64,000 nt of DNA from an uncultured Bacilli bacterium (GTDB lineage Bacteria; Bacillota_I; Bacilli_A; RF39; UBA660), in contig CARJCM010000001.1 of assembly GCA_948999435.1 (NCBI GenBank), forward strand, positions 27 through 64,026. Direction: 5' to 3'. Below, in pieces: positions 30,856 through 40,910 of the stretch (position 1 is the stretch's first letter; each line of letters begins with the position of its first letter). The notes below the pieces were generated by a model. The model was not told the origin of the DNA. It did no database searches and was given only the letters and a program-made list of their open reading frames with translations. The position numbers and the translations under genes are program-made.

Positions 30856-33554
30856 TATTAGTAACATTAGGAACCCAAGATAAACCTTTTATTAGATTAT
30901 TAAAAGAAATACAAGAGTGCATAAATAAGGGAATAATTAATGAAAAAGTTATAGTGCAAGCAGGATGTACACGATTTGAATCTACAGATATGGAAATATT
31001 CGATTTAATACCAATGGAAGAGTTTGATAAATTAATAGAACAATGCAATATTTTAATCACACATGGTGGAGTTGGAAGTATTATCACAGGATTAAAGAAA
31101 GATAAAAAAGTAATTGCAGTTCCAAGAAAAAGTGAATATGGTGAACATGTAAACAATCATCAAATTCAAATAATTGAAAATTTTGATAAAGCAGGTTATA
31201 TAATAGGGGCTTTAGAACCTAAAGACATTGAAAAAGCATTACAAAGAATAAATCATTTTACTCCTAACCAATATACTTCAAATAGTAAAAATATGATAAA
31301 ATTGGTAGAGAGTTTAATTGATAGCAACAAAAAGAAATGCGGGATTTTTACAATATCCAATGCTAAAAATTATGGGAGTGTACTTCAAGCCTATGCTCTA
31401 AAAAAGTCATGTTTAAAATATATTGATGAGGTTTATGTTATTAATTACATTAATAAAAAAATAAAAAAAGAATATTCACTAATTAAATTCCAAGGAAATA
31501 ACATCAAAGAAAAATTATTAAGTTTCATAAAATGTTTAATAATACTACCATATTCAATTAAAAAAAGTAACAAATTCCGTAATTTTTCTAAGAACTATTT
31601 AAATTTAACGAAAAAGTATTATGAAAAGAACTTAAATACTAAGTATCCAATATTTGACAAATATATAGTTGGAAGTGATCAAGTGTGGAATTCAAAAGTT
31701 ACTAGTGGTTTAAGAGAAGCATATCTTTTAAACTTTATAAAAGATTCAGAAAAAAAGATAACATATGCAGCTTCGATATCTAATCCTGACATTTCGTTAG
31801 AAGACATAAAAAAATTAAAAGAAAGTTTAAGTTCTTTTAAAAATATATCTGTTCGAGAAAAATCAACTAAAGAAATGCTAGCACAAAATGGAATTAATTC
31901 AGTTGTAAGTATTGATTCAACAATGCTATTAGAAAAGGATGATTGGGATAACTTACTAAAAAATAAAAAAGAAAAATATGATAAATATATCTTTGTATAT
32001 GCATTTGAAAATGATAAACTATTAAAAAGCATAGTAGAAGACTTATCTCAAAAATGCAATTTAAAAGTTATATCATTTGATATAAAGAAAAAGTATAAAA
32101 ATAGTTACGGTAATTTTTATGCAAGTGGGCCAGAAGATTTTATATATTTAATTAAGAATGCTGAATTTATTGTAACAAATTCATTTCATGCTACAGTTTT
32201 TTCGATAATATATGAAAAGGAATTTTTTTCAATTCCGTTTAAAAATCGAACTGATAGAGTTACAGAATTATTAAATAAATTAAACATTAAAGATAGAATA
32301 ATAGTTTCTTATGATGATTATAAAAAAATAAACAAGACCATTAATTATAATAGTGTTAAAGAAACATTAAATTTATTAAAAAAAGAATCTCTAAAATATT
32401 TAGAAGACTCACTAAGCGAAACGATTTATGGAAATAAAATTAATTGTTGTGGCTGTACTGCATGTTTAAACGTATGTCCTACAGAAGCAATTACAATGAA
32501 AAAAGATAATAAAGGATTTAATTATCCTGTAATTGATAAAGAAAAATGCATAAAATGTGGAATGTGTCGAAATGTTTGTCCATTAAAAAATAAATTAGAC
32601 TTTAATAATAATTTAAATATATATGCTGCTAAAAATAAAAATATAGACATAAGAAAAAAATCATCTAGTGGGGGTATTTTTTATCTTTTAGCAGAAAACA
32701 TTATTGCTGATGGTGGAGTAGTGTATGGTGCACAATATGACGAACAATTAAAAGTAGAGCATACTAGAATTAATAAGAAAGTAGAAATTCAAAAACTAAT
32801 GGGCTCTAAATATACGCAAAGTGATATGAAAAGAACTTTTAAAAATGTATCAGAAGATTTAGTAAGTGGTAAAATAGTTTTATTTTCTGGGACACCATGT
32901 CAAATTTCGGGATTATATAAGTATTTAGAATTAAAAAGAATCAAGACTGATAAATTAATAACTATTGATATAATTTGTCACTCTGTTCCGAGTAATAAAG
33001 TATACAAAGACTATATTAAGTATATGGAAAAAAAATATAAATCCAAAATAAAAAAAATAAATTTTAGAAATAAATCTAATCATAAAATAAATAATTTAAG
33101 TATAGAGTTTGAAAATGGAAAAAATTATATTGGAAGTGTAGATAAAGATATATATTATCGTTTATTCTTCTTAGAACTCATAAATAGAGATAGTTGTTAT
33201 AATTGTAGATTTAAAAGTTTTGAACGTATTTCAGATATTACAATTGGAGATTACTGGGAAATTTCGAGATTAGACAAAAGTTTTGATGATGAAAATGGTG
33301 TATCTTTAGTTTTAATTAATACTAATAAAGGACAAGAGCTTTTTAATAAAATAAAAAATAAAATAGAATATAAGGAATCTTCTAGAGATATATGCATTCA
33401 ACCATCTTTAAAAAATAACGTGCGTCTTAACCATAAAACCGACAAATTTTGGAATGATTATGAAAAAAAGAATTTAATAAAAATATATAATAAATATGAT
33501 AATTCATTATTAATAAAAATAAAAAAATTAATTAAAAAAACATTAAGGAAGTAA
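30852..33554 (+). CDS. Multidomain protein: Alg13-like (GT28 C-terminal) domain + polysaccharide pyruvyl transferase + 2x[4Fe-4S] ferredoxin + F420 hydrogenase/dehydrogenase beta subunit (FrhB)-like C-terminal domain
   Basis: aa 1-150 ILVTLGTQ...ITHGGVGSI (Alg13/Cps14G-like). aa ~165-520 pyruvyl-transferase-like (GIFTISNAKNYGSVLQAYAL). CCGCTACLNVCP and CIKCGMCRNVCP ferredoxin motifs. FrhB_C-like tail (SSSGGIFYLL...GTPCQISG). Confidence 0.65.
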   Translation: MILVTLGTQDKPFIRLLKEIQECINKGIINEKVIVQAGCTRFESTDMEIFDLIPMEEFDKLIEQCNILITHGGVGSIITGLKKDKKVIAVPRKSEYGEHVNNHQIQIIENFDKAGYIIGALEPKDIEKALQRINHFTPNQYTSNSKNMIKLVESLIDSNKKKCGIFTISNAKNYGSVLQAYALKKSCLKYIDEVYVINYINKKIKKEYSLIKFQGNNIKEKLLSFIKCLIILPYSIKKSNKFRNFSKNYLNLTKKYYEKNLNTKYPIFDKYIVGSDQVWNSKVTSGLREAYLLNFIKDSEKKITYAASISNPDISLEDIKKLKESLSSFKNISVREKSTKEMLAQNGINSVVSIDSTMLLEKDDWDNLLKNKKEKYDKYIFVYAFENDKLLKSIVEDLSQKCNLKVISFDIKKKYKNSYGNFYASGPEDFIYLIKNAEFIVTNSFHATVFSIIYEKEFFSIPFKNRTDRVTELLNKLNIKDRIIVSYDDYKKINKTINYNSVKETLNLLKKESLKYLEDSLSETIYGNKINCCGCTACLNVCPTEAITMKKDNKGFNYPVIDKEKCIKCGMCRNVCPLKNKLDFNNNLNIYAAKNKNIDIRKKSSSGGIFYLLAENIIADGGVVYGAQYDEQLKVEHTRINKKVEIQKLMGSKYTQSDMKRTFKNVSEDLVSGKIVLFSGTPCQISGLYKYLELKRIKTDKLITIDIICHSVPSNKVYKDYIKYMEKKYKSKIKKINFRNKSNHKINNLSIEFENGKNYIGSVDKDIYYRLFFLELINRDSCYNCRFKSFERISDITIGDYWEISRLDKSFDDENGVSLVLINTNKGQELFNKIKNKIEYKESSRDICIQPSLKNNVRLNHKTDKFWNDYEKKNLIKIYNKYDNSLLIKIKKLIKKTLRK

Positions 33555-33556
33555 AT

Positions 33557-34981
33557 ATGAACAGAAAAAGAGAATTAGCTAAAAATACATTAATTATATT
33601 TATTGGTAAAATTTGCACACAGTTTTTGTCTTTCTTTTTGTTACCATTATATACAACATTATTAAATTCATCAGAGTATGGAATTATAGATTTAATAATA
33701 ACATATATATCATTATTTGTCCCACTAATTACACTTCAAATAGAGCAAGCTTTGTTTAGATATTTAATTGACGTTAGAGAAAATAAAAAAGAGCAAAAAC
33801 AAATTTTTTCAAATATTATATTTATTGTTATAGTTCAAGTTTTGATTTTTCTGGTCATATTCTTAATAATAAATCTTTTCATAAATATTAAATATAAGTA
33901 TTATATTATTATAAATGTAATAGTTACAATTTTCAGTTCACTATTTTTACAGGCAGCTCGTGGTTTAGGAGATAATATTTCTTACTCAGTTGGAAGTGTA
34001 ATATCTGGTGGTTTAACAATAATATTAAATGTTATATTTTTAGTAATATTAAACATGGGAGCAAGTAGTATTTTATTATCTTCTATTTTAGCCAATATAT
34101 TTTGTGCCATATTTATATTATTTAAAGATAAACTATATAAATTAATAAGTAGAAAAAATATTGATAAAATACAAATAAGAAATTTATTAAAATATTCTAT
34201 CCCATTAGTTCCAAATGGAATTATCTGGTGGATTATTAATGTATCAGATAGAACAATTATATCCATATTTATTGGTGTTGCTCAAAATGGTATATATGCA
34301 GTTTCAAATAAATTTAGTGGAGCATTAATAAACTTATATAATATTTTTAACATTTCATGGACAGAAAGTGCTGTTTTGCACTTAAAAGATAAAGATAGTA
34401 CAGAATTTATTTCATCAACAATCAAAGAAATGTTTAATATTTTTAGTTCAATATGTTTAATAATTATTGCTTATATGCCCTTTGTTTTTCCAATAATAAT
34501 TAATAATAATTATAGTGAGGCATATTTATATATACCTCCATTAATAATTGGAACTTTATTTAATATAATAGTTGGACTAGTAAGTGTAGTTTATGTAGCA
34601 AAAAAGCTCACAAAAAAGATAACAACAACATCTTTAATATCTGGCATTCTAAATATTTTAATAAATCTAGTTTTAATAAAACATATAGGTGTATGGGCTG
34701 CGTCTATAAGCACAATTATAGCATTTGCTTCAATGGCTATATACAGATACTTTGATGTCCAAAAATATATTAAAATAAGTTTAGACATTAAAGTTATAAT
34801 AAAAACAACCATAATGTTTATAATAAGCATTACATTATATTATAGCAACAATTTGATTTTTTATATCTTAAATGCAGTTATCATAACTATATATGCTTTA
34901 ATTATAAATAAAACGAGTTTAATTAATCTTTTAAAGATTTTTAAAAATCATAAATTTCATATGAATAATTTAAAAAAATAA
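33557..34981 (+). CDS. Wzx-type oligosaccharide flippase (MOP superfamily polysaccharide biosynthesis protein)
   Basis: 474 aa, ~12-14 TM helices, adjacent to the glycosyltransferases. Confidence 0.65.
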   Translation: MNRKRELAKNTLIIFIGKICTQFLSFFLLPLYTTLLNSSEYGIIDLIITYISLFVPLITLQIEQALFRYLIDVRENKKEQKQIFSNIIFIVIVQVLIFLVIFLIINLFINIKYKYYIIINVIVTIFSSLFLQAARGLGDNISYSVGSVISGGLTIILNVIFLVILNMGASSILLSSILANIFCAIFILFKDKLYKLISRKNIDKIQIRNLLKYSIPLVPNGIIWWIINVSDRTIISIFIGVAQNGIYAVSNKFSGALINLYNIFNISWTESAVLHLKDKDSTEFISSTIKEMFNIFSSICLIIIAYMPFVFPIIINNNYSEAYLYIPPLIIGTLFNIIVGLVSVVYVAKKLTKKITTTSLISGILNILINLVLIKHIGVWAASISTIIAFASMAIYRYFDVQKYIKISLDIKVIIKTTIMFIISITLYYSNNLIFYILNAVIITIYALIINKTSLINLLKIFKNHKFHMNNLKK

Positions 34982-34985
34982 ATTA

Positions 34986-35019
34986 AAAATCTCTCTAGCA
35001 ATTACTAGAGAGATTTTTT
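34986..35019. terminator. Bidirectional terminator between convergent genes
   Basis: Perfect hairpin AAAATCTCTCTAG-caatta-CTAGAGAGATTTT flanked by A/T runs. Confidence 0.75.
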
Positions 35020-37147
35020 ATACCCAAAATTCAAATATTTTTCTAAAATAGAAGAACAAATTAGACTTCATAAATACATCATCATTAAGAACTAATAATA
35101 AATTAAATATTAGACCAAATATAAAACAAGCAAATAATATTTTAGTTAAAAATCTTTTTTTATTATCATCTAATTTAGTAAATAAGTGAAATATGACTAT
35201 CGCTGTTGCAAAATACATTAAGAATCCAAAATCACATATATAACGAGGAAGTATCCCTGCCATTTCTGTATCTGCTATAATAATAATTAAGCTAAATATA
35301 ATAGATAGTAGACCAAGCTTGTATAATGTTTTATTTTCAAGTTTATTTTTAAATTTAAATATAAGTAATCCAAATATAGTAAGGAGATTAACGAATATAA
35401 AGCCACCAGTCATAGCTTCATAAATAGTTGTACCAAGATAATTAGTACTAACTCCAAATCTAGATAGAAAAGGGAATTTTAAGATAAATTGGAAAGGAAC
35501 TAAAAGATAATAATATATACCAAGAGGAATTCTCCCCAGAACAAAGCCTCTCTTAGTCATATCATTAGTAGTTAAATTATAATTAGCGCCAAAATCAAAT
35601 GGTGAAGCAAATCTTATATAGTTATACCACATTAGAAGTAGAGCAATAACTATATAAGGCATAGCGAAGGCCATAGTTTTCTTTAAAGATTTCAAACTTA
35701 ATAATTCTCGTTTTTTAACATCTTCCCAAAATAAAGGAATAGCAAAAAAACTAGTTAATAAAAGTTGAGGTCGTGAGGCAGCAACACAAGCCATACATAA
35801 ACTTCCTAAGAATAAATATTTAGAATTCAAATCATTTTCTTTCGCTTTTAACCACCAAAACAATCCATAAACACTAAACATAACAGCCATTATGATAGGT
35901 AAGGAATAATGATCGGGTCTACCAATAATATATAATATACCACAAGCATTAACAAATAATAATGTAAAAGCTAGGTATACACCAAGACTAACTTTTGGAT
36001 AATACTTTTTACATAAATGATATAGTAGTAAGAATACACCAATAACCGTAGCTATCATCGTTATATTAATACAAACAGCAGTATTTATATGAGTACCAGT
36101 AATCGCATAAAATGGCAGATAATAAAGAATAACAGGAGCTACTCCAAAATAAACATAATACTTATTATTATAGAAAGCTACATCCCAAATATAATCTTCA
36201 TCTGATTCTTTAAAAGCCTCTTCACGAACTCTTTTGTCATAAGGATTTTTAAGATTTTTCAAAATATCGCTAGGCTCTTCATTTAGATATGGGTGCCCTT
36301 CCATAAATGCTTCAGTTAAAAGTTGATATTGCATTCTTTGTTTATCTTGTGATTCCTTAAATTGTTCTTGGGCAAAATAAGTATTAAGCTGACCAACACC
36401 TAACATAAATAGAAGTTGTAGTGTTAGAGCGAGACCAATTTTTCTTTTTACATCTTTAGATGATAAAGATGATAAAGAAGTATTATAAATAGAAGATTTA
36501 GGTCTAAAAATGTAAGCAACTAGTAATAAAGAAAATATTAAAAGTGGTCTAACAAGAGAGATAGTAAAAGGAACTACAACATTAAATTTAATATCTTTAA
36601 CAATGAAAGTATCTTCTTCTTCGGGAGTATTTACATAAATTCTAATCCAACTTGTATTACCAGAGGCATGATATCGAAGTATTTCACCAGAATTATTTTT
36701 ACGTGCATTAAACACTCTTTCTTGAGGATAAATAGGAAGACGAGAAGAAGCATCGGTAAATCCAAGTGTCGCATAAATTACTTCTGAAGTCTCTTCACTA
36801 TTAACAATTTCAAAATTAATATAAATATTTTCTAAATGTCCCCAAAAGTTATCTATTTGCACATAATTAAGTTCACTATCTATAACTTTAAGACTACCAT
36901 CAGGCATTTCTTCTATACCTTTACCAATAACAAGGTTATCCGTATTAGCATTTATATCTTTAAAAAATAGCGATTCATAAAATCTAAAATTAAACAAGGT
37001 AAGTTCTAAGATAATTAATATACTAAGAGAGATAAAACCAAATTTAAAAAAGCCTTTATAAGTTTTATTTCTTTTATAGCCTATTCCAAATAGAATTAAT
37101 ATAAATAATAAAATTAAAATAAAAATAAATATTTTCATTCCTATCAC
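35018..37147 (-). CDS. Large polytopic membrane protein, GT-C-like (GtrC/YfhO-like) glycosyltransferase candidate
   Basis: 709 aa. N-terminal TM, ~170-aa extracytoplasmic domain, then >10 TM helices. Adjacent and divergent to a GtrB-like gene. Confidence 0.4.
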   Translation of the reverse strand: MIGMKIFIFILILLFILILFGIGYKRNKTYKGFFKFGFISLSILIILELTLFNFRFYESLFFKDINANTDNLVIGKGIEEMPDGSLKVIDSELNYVQIDNFWGHLENIYINFEIVNSEETSEVIYATLGFTDASSRLPIYPQERVFNARKNNSGEILRYHASGNTSWIRIYVNTPEEEDTFIVKDIKFNVVVPFTISLVRPLLIFSLLLVAYIFRPKSSIYNTSLSSLSSKDVKRKIGLALTLQLLFMLGVGQLNTYFAQEQFKESQDKQRMQYQLLTEAFMEGHPYLNEEPSDILKNLKNPYDKRVREEAFKESDEDYIWDVAFYNNKYYVYFGVAPVILYYLPFYAITGTHINTAVCINITMIATVIGVFLLLYHLCKKYYPKVSLGVYLAFTLLFVNACGILYIIGRPDHYSLPIIMAVMFSVYGLFWWLKAKENDLNSKYLFLGSLCMACVAASRPQLLLTSFFAIPLFWEDVKKRELLSLKSLKKTMAFAMPYIVIALLLMWYNYIRFASPFDFGANYNLTTNDMTKRGFVLGRIPLGIYYYLLVPFQFILKFPFLSRFGVSTNYLGTTIYEAMTGGFIFVNLLTIFGLLIFKFKNKLENKTLYKLGLLSIIFSLIIIIADTEMAGILPRYICDFGFLMYFATAIVIFHLFTKLDDNKKRFLTKILFACFIFGLIFNLLLVLNDDVFMKSNLFFYFRKIFEFWV

Positions 37148-37256
37148 CTTTAATAATTATAACATAATACGCTAGACATAACAAATGACAAATAAGTAAT
37201 ATTTATTTACACGACACTATATTTATGCTAAAATTTATGTAAGAAATGAGGTAAAT

Positions 37257-38183
37257 ATGAATAAAATAGCAGTTTTAATACCATGTTACAATGAATCAAA
37301 AACTATTGAGAAAGTTGTTAAAGATTTTAAAAGAGAGTTACCTAATGCTGATATATATGTATATGATAATAATTCTAAAGATAACACTGCTGAAATAGCT
37401 AAGAAAGCAGGAGCAATAGTTAAGCATGAATATATGCAAGGCAAAGGTAATGTTATCAGAAGAATGTTTAGAGAAATAGATGCTGATTGCTATTTAATGG
37501 CAGATGGTGATGACACTTATCCAGCAGAACACGCTAAAGAAATGTGTGATTTAATTCTTGAAGGAAAGGCCGAAATGGTAGTGGGAGACCGCCTATCAAG
37601 TACTTATTTTACCGAAAATAAAAGAATGTTTCATAATTTTGGCAATGTATTAGTAAGATTTTTAGTTAATCGTACTTTTAAAAGCAATGTAAGAGATATT
37701 ATGACAGGATATCGTGCTTTTAGTAAAACATTTGTTAAATCATTCCCAGTAATTTCAGGTGGATTTGAAATTGAAACCGAAATGACTATCCATGCATTAG
37801 ATAAAAGAATGAAATTAGAAAATGTTTTAATAGATTATCGTGATAGACCAGCAGGCAGTGTTTCTAAATTAAATACTGTTAGTGATGGTGTAAAAGTATT
37901 AAAGACAATTGCTACTTTATTTAAACAATATCGTCCATTCACATTTTTTACAATTTTATCTATTTTATGTCTATTAGTAGGAGTAGCATTTTTTATACCA
38001 CCATTATTAGGCTATTTAGATACAGGTTTAGTTGAAAAATTCCCATCATTAATCGCTGCATCTTTCTTTGGTATTATAGCTATTCAATTATTTGTAGGTG
38101 GTTTAGTACTAGAAAGTATTGCCAGAAAAGATAGACAAAACTTCGAGTTACATTTAATTAATTTAGAAGAAAACAAAAAATAA
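37257..38183 (+). CDS. Polyprenyl-phosphate glycosyltransferase (GtrB/CsbB/DPM1-like GT2 with two C-terminal TM helices)
   Basis: VLIPCYNESKTI...DGDDTYP motifs plus two C-terminal TM helices. Confidence 0.75.
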   Translation: MNKIAVLIPCYNESKTIEKVVKDFKRELPNADIYVYDNNSKDNTAEIAKKAGAIVKHEYMQGKGNVIRRMFREIDADCYLMADGDDTYPAEHAKEMCDLILEGKAEMVVGDRLSSTYFTENKRMFHNFGNVLVRFLVNRTFKSNVRDIMTGYRAFSKTFVKSFPVISGGFEIETEMTIHALDKRMKLENVLIDYRDRPAGSVSKLNTVSDGVKVLKTIATLFKQYRPFTFFTILSILCLLVGVAFFIPPLLGYLDTGLVEKFPSLIAASFFGIIAIQLFVGGLVLESIARKDRQNFELHLINLEENKK

Positions 38184-38207
38184 AAGGTAAAATAATACCT
38201 TTTTTTA
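38183..38207 (+). terminator. Terminator after the gtrB-like gene
   Basis: AAAGGTA-aaataa-TACCTTT + T7. Confidence 0.6.
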
Positions 38208-38523
38208 AATGCTAATATTGTCGAGTTTTAACTATATTTGTCGCTGATAAGTCATAAATCTTTTATTTGATTGATTATTCTTATTTTTTAAGATAGTAAA
38301 ACTTGCGTTAGGCATAATGTTTACTAAAATTGACACACATTATCTCCCTTGCTCCAGTGGGGTTTTGGTTAGATTGAGAGGTGTTAGCTATTAGCGGTGA
38401 AGAAAGTGATTTCTTATATCATAAGTTTGATTGAAAAGTCAAATGAAAAGATATCAACAATTACAATCATTAACAAAGGTAACATAGTTATCAATGTTAG
38501 TGAAGTAAAAATTAATGTCACTT

Positions 38524-38566
38524 TGAAAAACAAGTAGGCATTTATGTTCTAACGCTCTACTTGTTT
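38524..38566 (-). terminator. Terminator after glmS (minus strand)
   Basis: Minus-strand hairpin ACAAGTAG...CTACTTGT followed by TTTTTC. Confidence 0.6.
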
Positions 38567-38599
38567 GAGTTTAGCATATTTTTGCCATAAATACAAGGA

Positions 38600-40420
38600 T
38601 TATTCAACAGTAACAGATTTAGCCAAATTTCTTGGTTTATCAACATCAAGATTTTTTTCTTTAGCAATATAATAAGCGATTAACTGAAGAGGAACTATAG
38701 CAAGCATAGGCATTAATAAATAATTAGTGTTAGGAATATTAATGATATTCATATCTTTATTTTCGCAATTACAATCGGTAATTAAAATAACTTTAGCTCC
38801 TCTAGTAATAACTTCTTGCAAGTTACTAATTGTTTTTTCTAATATTTTTTTATTTGTAACAATACCCATAACTGAAGTACCATCTTCAATTAAAGCAATA
38901 GGGCCATGTTTTAATTCTCCTGCAGGATAAGCTTCGCTATGGATATAAGCTATTTCTTTTAATTTTAAAGAACCTTCCATCGCTGTAGTATAATCATTAC
39001 CGCGTCCGATGTAGAAACAATTTTTTACATTATGAATATTTTTAGCTATTTTTTTGTAGTTTTCATTATTTTTAAGAATAACATCAATTTTTTCAGGAAT
39101 ATCAAGTAATTCTCTTTTTAATTTTTCTAAATATGTATTATCTTTAACCTGAAGAATCTCAGCGAAATAAATAGCCAAAGCTGAAATAATTGATATTTGA
39201 GAAACATAAGCTTTGGTACTAGCAACAGCTATTTCAGGACCAGCATGAGTATAAATAGTATAATCTGCTTCACGAGTTATCGAAGAACCAATAACATTAG
39301 AAATAGCAATAGTTTTAGCACCACTTTTTTTAGCAAGTTTTAAAGCTGCTATAGTATCTGCAGTTTCACCAGATTGACTAATAAAGATACATAATGTATT
39401 TTTATCAATTACTGGATTATTATATCTAAATTCACTTGCCACATCTACAATTGTAACAATGTTAGTTAATTCTTCTATAATAGTTTTGCCAACTCTCCCA
39501 GCATGCATAGCTGTTCCGCAAGCTACAATATAAATTTTATTAACATTTTTTAAATAATTCTTATCGATATTTAAATCTAAGAAATTACATTTATCTTCCA
39601 ATATAATTCTACCAGCTAAAGTTTCGTTTATGGCACGAGGCTGTTCAAAAATTTCTTTAAGCATAAAGTCTTCATAACCATTTTTATCCGCGGCATTTTT
39701 ATCCCAATCAATTACTTTTTTAGGAATACTAATTTCTTTTAAGGCATTATCATAAAAGAAAAAGTTATTATCTGTAACATAAGCCAAATCGCCATCATTT
39801 AAAAAATAAAAATTTTTAGTATATTCAAGTACAGCAGGAATATCAGACGCAATAAAGTTTTCGCCTTCACCTTCGCCAATAACTAGAGGACTATTCATTT
39901 TAGCAACATAAATGCCTTCAAATAAAGGCGATAAAACAAGTATAGCATAACTTCCTTGTAAATCTTTGATAGTTCTATTAAAAGCTTGCAAAAAATCTTT
40001 TTCTTTTTCATAATAATAATGAATTAGATTAGGAATAACCTCAGTATCTGTTTCGCTTTTAAATTTATAACCATTTTTAGATAAAAACTCTTTTAATTCT
40101 AAATAATTTTCAATAATTCCATTATGAACTACTGCAAATGTATTACTATTATCTAAATGAGGATGAGCATTATCACTACTAGGAACACCATGAGTAGCCC
40201 AACGGGTATGAGCAATACCAATAGAGCTATTACTAGACTTTAAAAATGAATTATCATCCAAGTTTTTAACTCTGCCTTTTTCTTTAGATATTTTTAATTC
40301 TCCACTATCAAATAAAGCGATACCAGCTGAATCATAACCCCTATATTCTAAAGCTTTAAGTCCATTAATTAAAATGGGATAAGCTTTTTGTTTACCAATA
40401 TAACCAACAATTCCACACAT
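38600..40420 (-). CDS. glmS: Glutamine--fructose-6-phosphate aminotransferase
   Basis: N-terminal MCGIVGYIG (Ntn Cys), two SIS domains, C-terminal ...KSVTVE. Confidence 0.95.
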   Translation of the reverse strand: MCGIVGYIGKQKAYPILINGLKALEYRGYDSAGIALFDSGELKISKEKGRVKNLDDNSFLKSSNSSIGIAHTRWATHGVPSSDNAHPHLDNSNTFAVVHNGIIENYLELKEFLSKNGYKFKSETDTEVIPNLIHYYYEKEKDFLQAFNRTIKDLQGSYAILVLSPLFEGIYVAKMNSPLVIGEGEGENFIASDIPAVLEYTKNFYFLNDGDLAYVTDNNFFFYDNALKEISIPKKVIDWDKNAADKNGYEDFMLKEIFEQPRAINETLAGRIILEDKCNFLDLNIDKNYLKNVNKIYIVACGTAMHAGRVGKTIIEELTNIVTIVDVASEFRYNNPVIDKNTLCIFISQSGETADTIAALKLAKKSGAKTIAISNVIGSSITREADYTIYTHAGPEIAVASTKAYVSQISIISALAIYFAEILQVKDNTYLEKLKRELLDIPEKIDVILKNNENYKKIAKNIHNVKNCFYIGRGNDYTTAMEGSLKLKEIAYIHSEAYPAGELKHGPIALIEDGTSVMGIVTNKKILEKTISNLQEVITRGAKVILITDCNCENKDMNIINIPNTNYLLMPMLAIVPLQLIAYYIAKEKNLDVDKPRNLAKSVTVE

Positions 40421-40446
40421 TGATTACTTCACCTACCTTTAAAAAA

Positions 40447-40475
40447 ATAGTACTACAAACACTATAATATGTCAA
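40447..40475 (-). promoter_or_regulatory. Putative glmS promoter (TTGACA-N17-TACTAT on minus strand)
   Basis: Read on the reverse strand ~60 nt upstream of the glmS RBS. Confidence 0.4.
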
Positions 40476-40529
40476 TTTAGATTTAAAAATCACCTAGGGT
40501 ATGATAAAATAAATATAAGGTGATAGTTC

Positions 40530-40910
40530 ATGAAAACGATAGTAATATGTGGGAGTATGAAATTCAAAGACAAGATTCTAGAAATAAGTGACAAATTAGA
40601 AAACTTAGGATTTAAAACAGAATTGCCAAAAGAATGTATGGAAGGTCTACCTAAAGAAATAGCGTCTAGGTCACATTTTAATCGTATCCAAAATGAAGAT
40701 ACAGATGCTATTCTAGTAGTAAATTGTGATAAAGGTAAATTAAAAAATTATATTGGACCAAATTCATTCGCTGAAATAACATTTGCCTTTTATTTTAATA
40801 AGAAAATATTTTTATTACAAGATATATATGAACCATATAAAGATGAGTTATTAGGGTGGAATGCCATACCATTAAACGAGGCATTAGAAAGTATAAAGAG
40901 GTTTCTATGA
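40530..40910 (+). CDS. Hypothetical protein (126 aa), translationally coupled to murT (ATGA overlap)
   Basis: ORF with RBS. No confident family assignment. Confidence 0.45.
   Translation: MKTIVICGSMKFKDKILEISDKLENLGFKTELPKECMEGLPKEIASRSHFNRIQNEDTDAILVVNCDKGKLKNYIGPNSFAEITFAFYFNKKIFLLQDIYEPYKDELLGWNAIPLNEALESIKRFL

Noticed and set aside
12051-34830. Other short antisense ORFs in the track (for example 12051..12263-, 14351..14536-, 18425..18661-, 20152..20364-, 21090..21347-, 24416..24601-, 26019..26249-, 27992..28189-, 29886..30095-, 31679..32032-, 33982..34266-, 34591..34830-)
   Set aside because: All are embedded antisense within longer, domain-supported genes. Compositional artefacts of ~27% GC DNA.
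38214-38523. 300-nt non-coding gap between the gtrB-like gene and glmS with a G-rich patch (CTCCCTTGCTCCAGTGGGGTTTTGG)
   Set aside because: Considered an sRNA or riboswitch. I could not recognise any known motif or a convincing fold by eye. It lies between two convergent terminators, so it may simply be spacer DNA.
40421-40529. Looked for a glmS ribozyme in the glmS 5' UTR
   Set aside because: The leader is only ~109 nt and contains a plausible promoter plus RBS. It has none of the G-rich conserved core of the glmS ribozyme, so none is present in this window.
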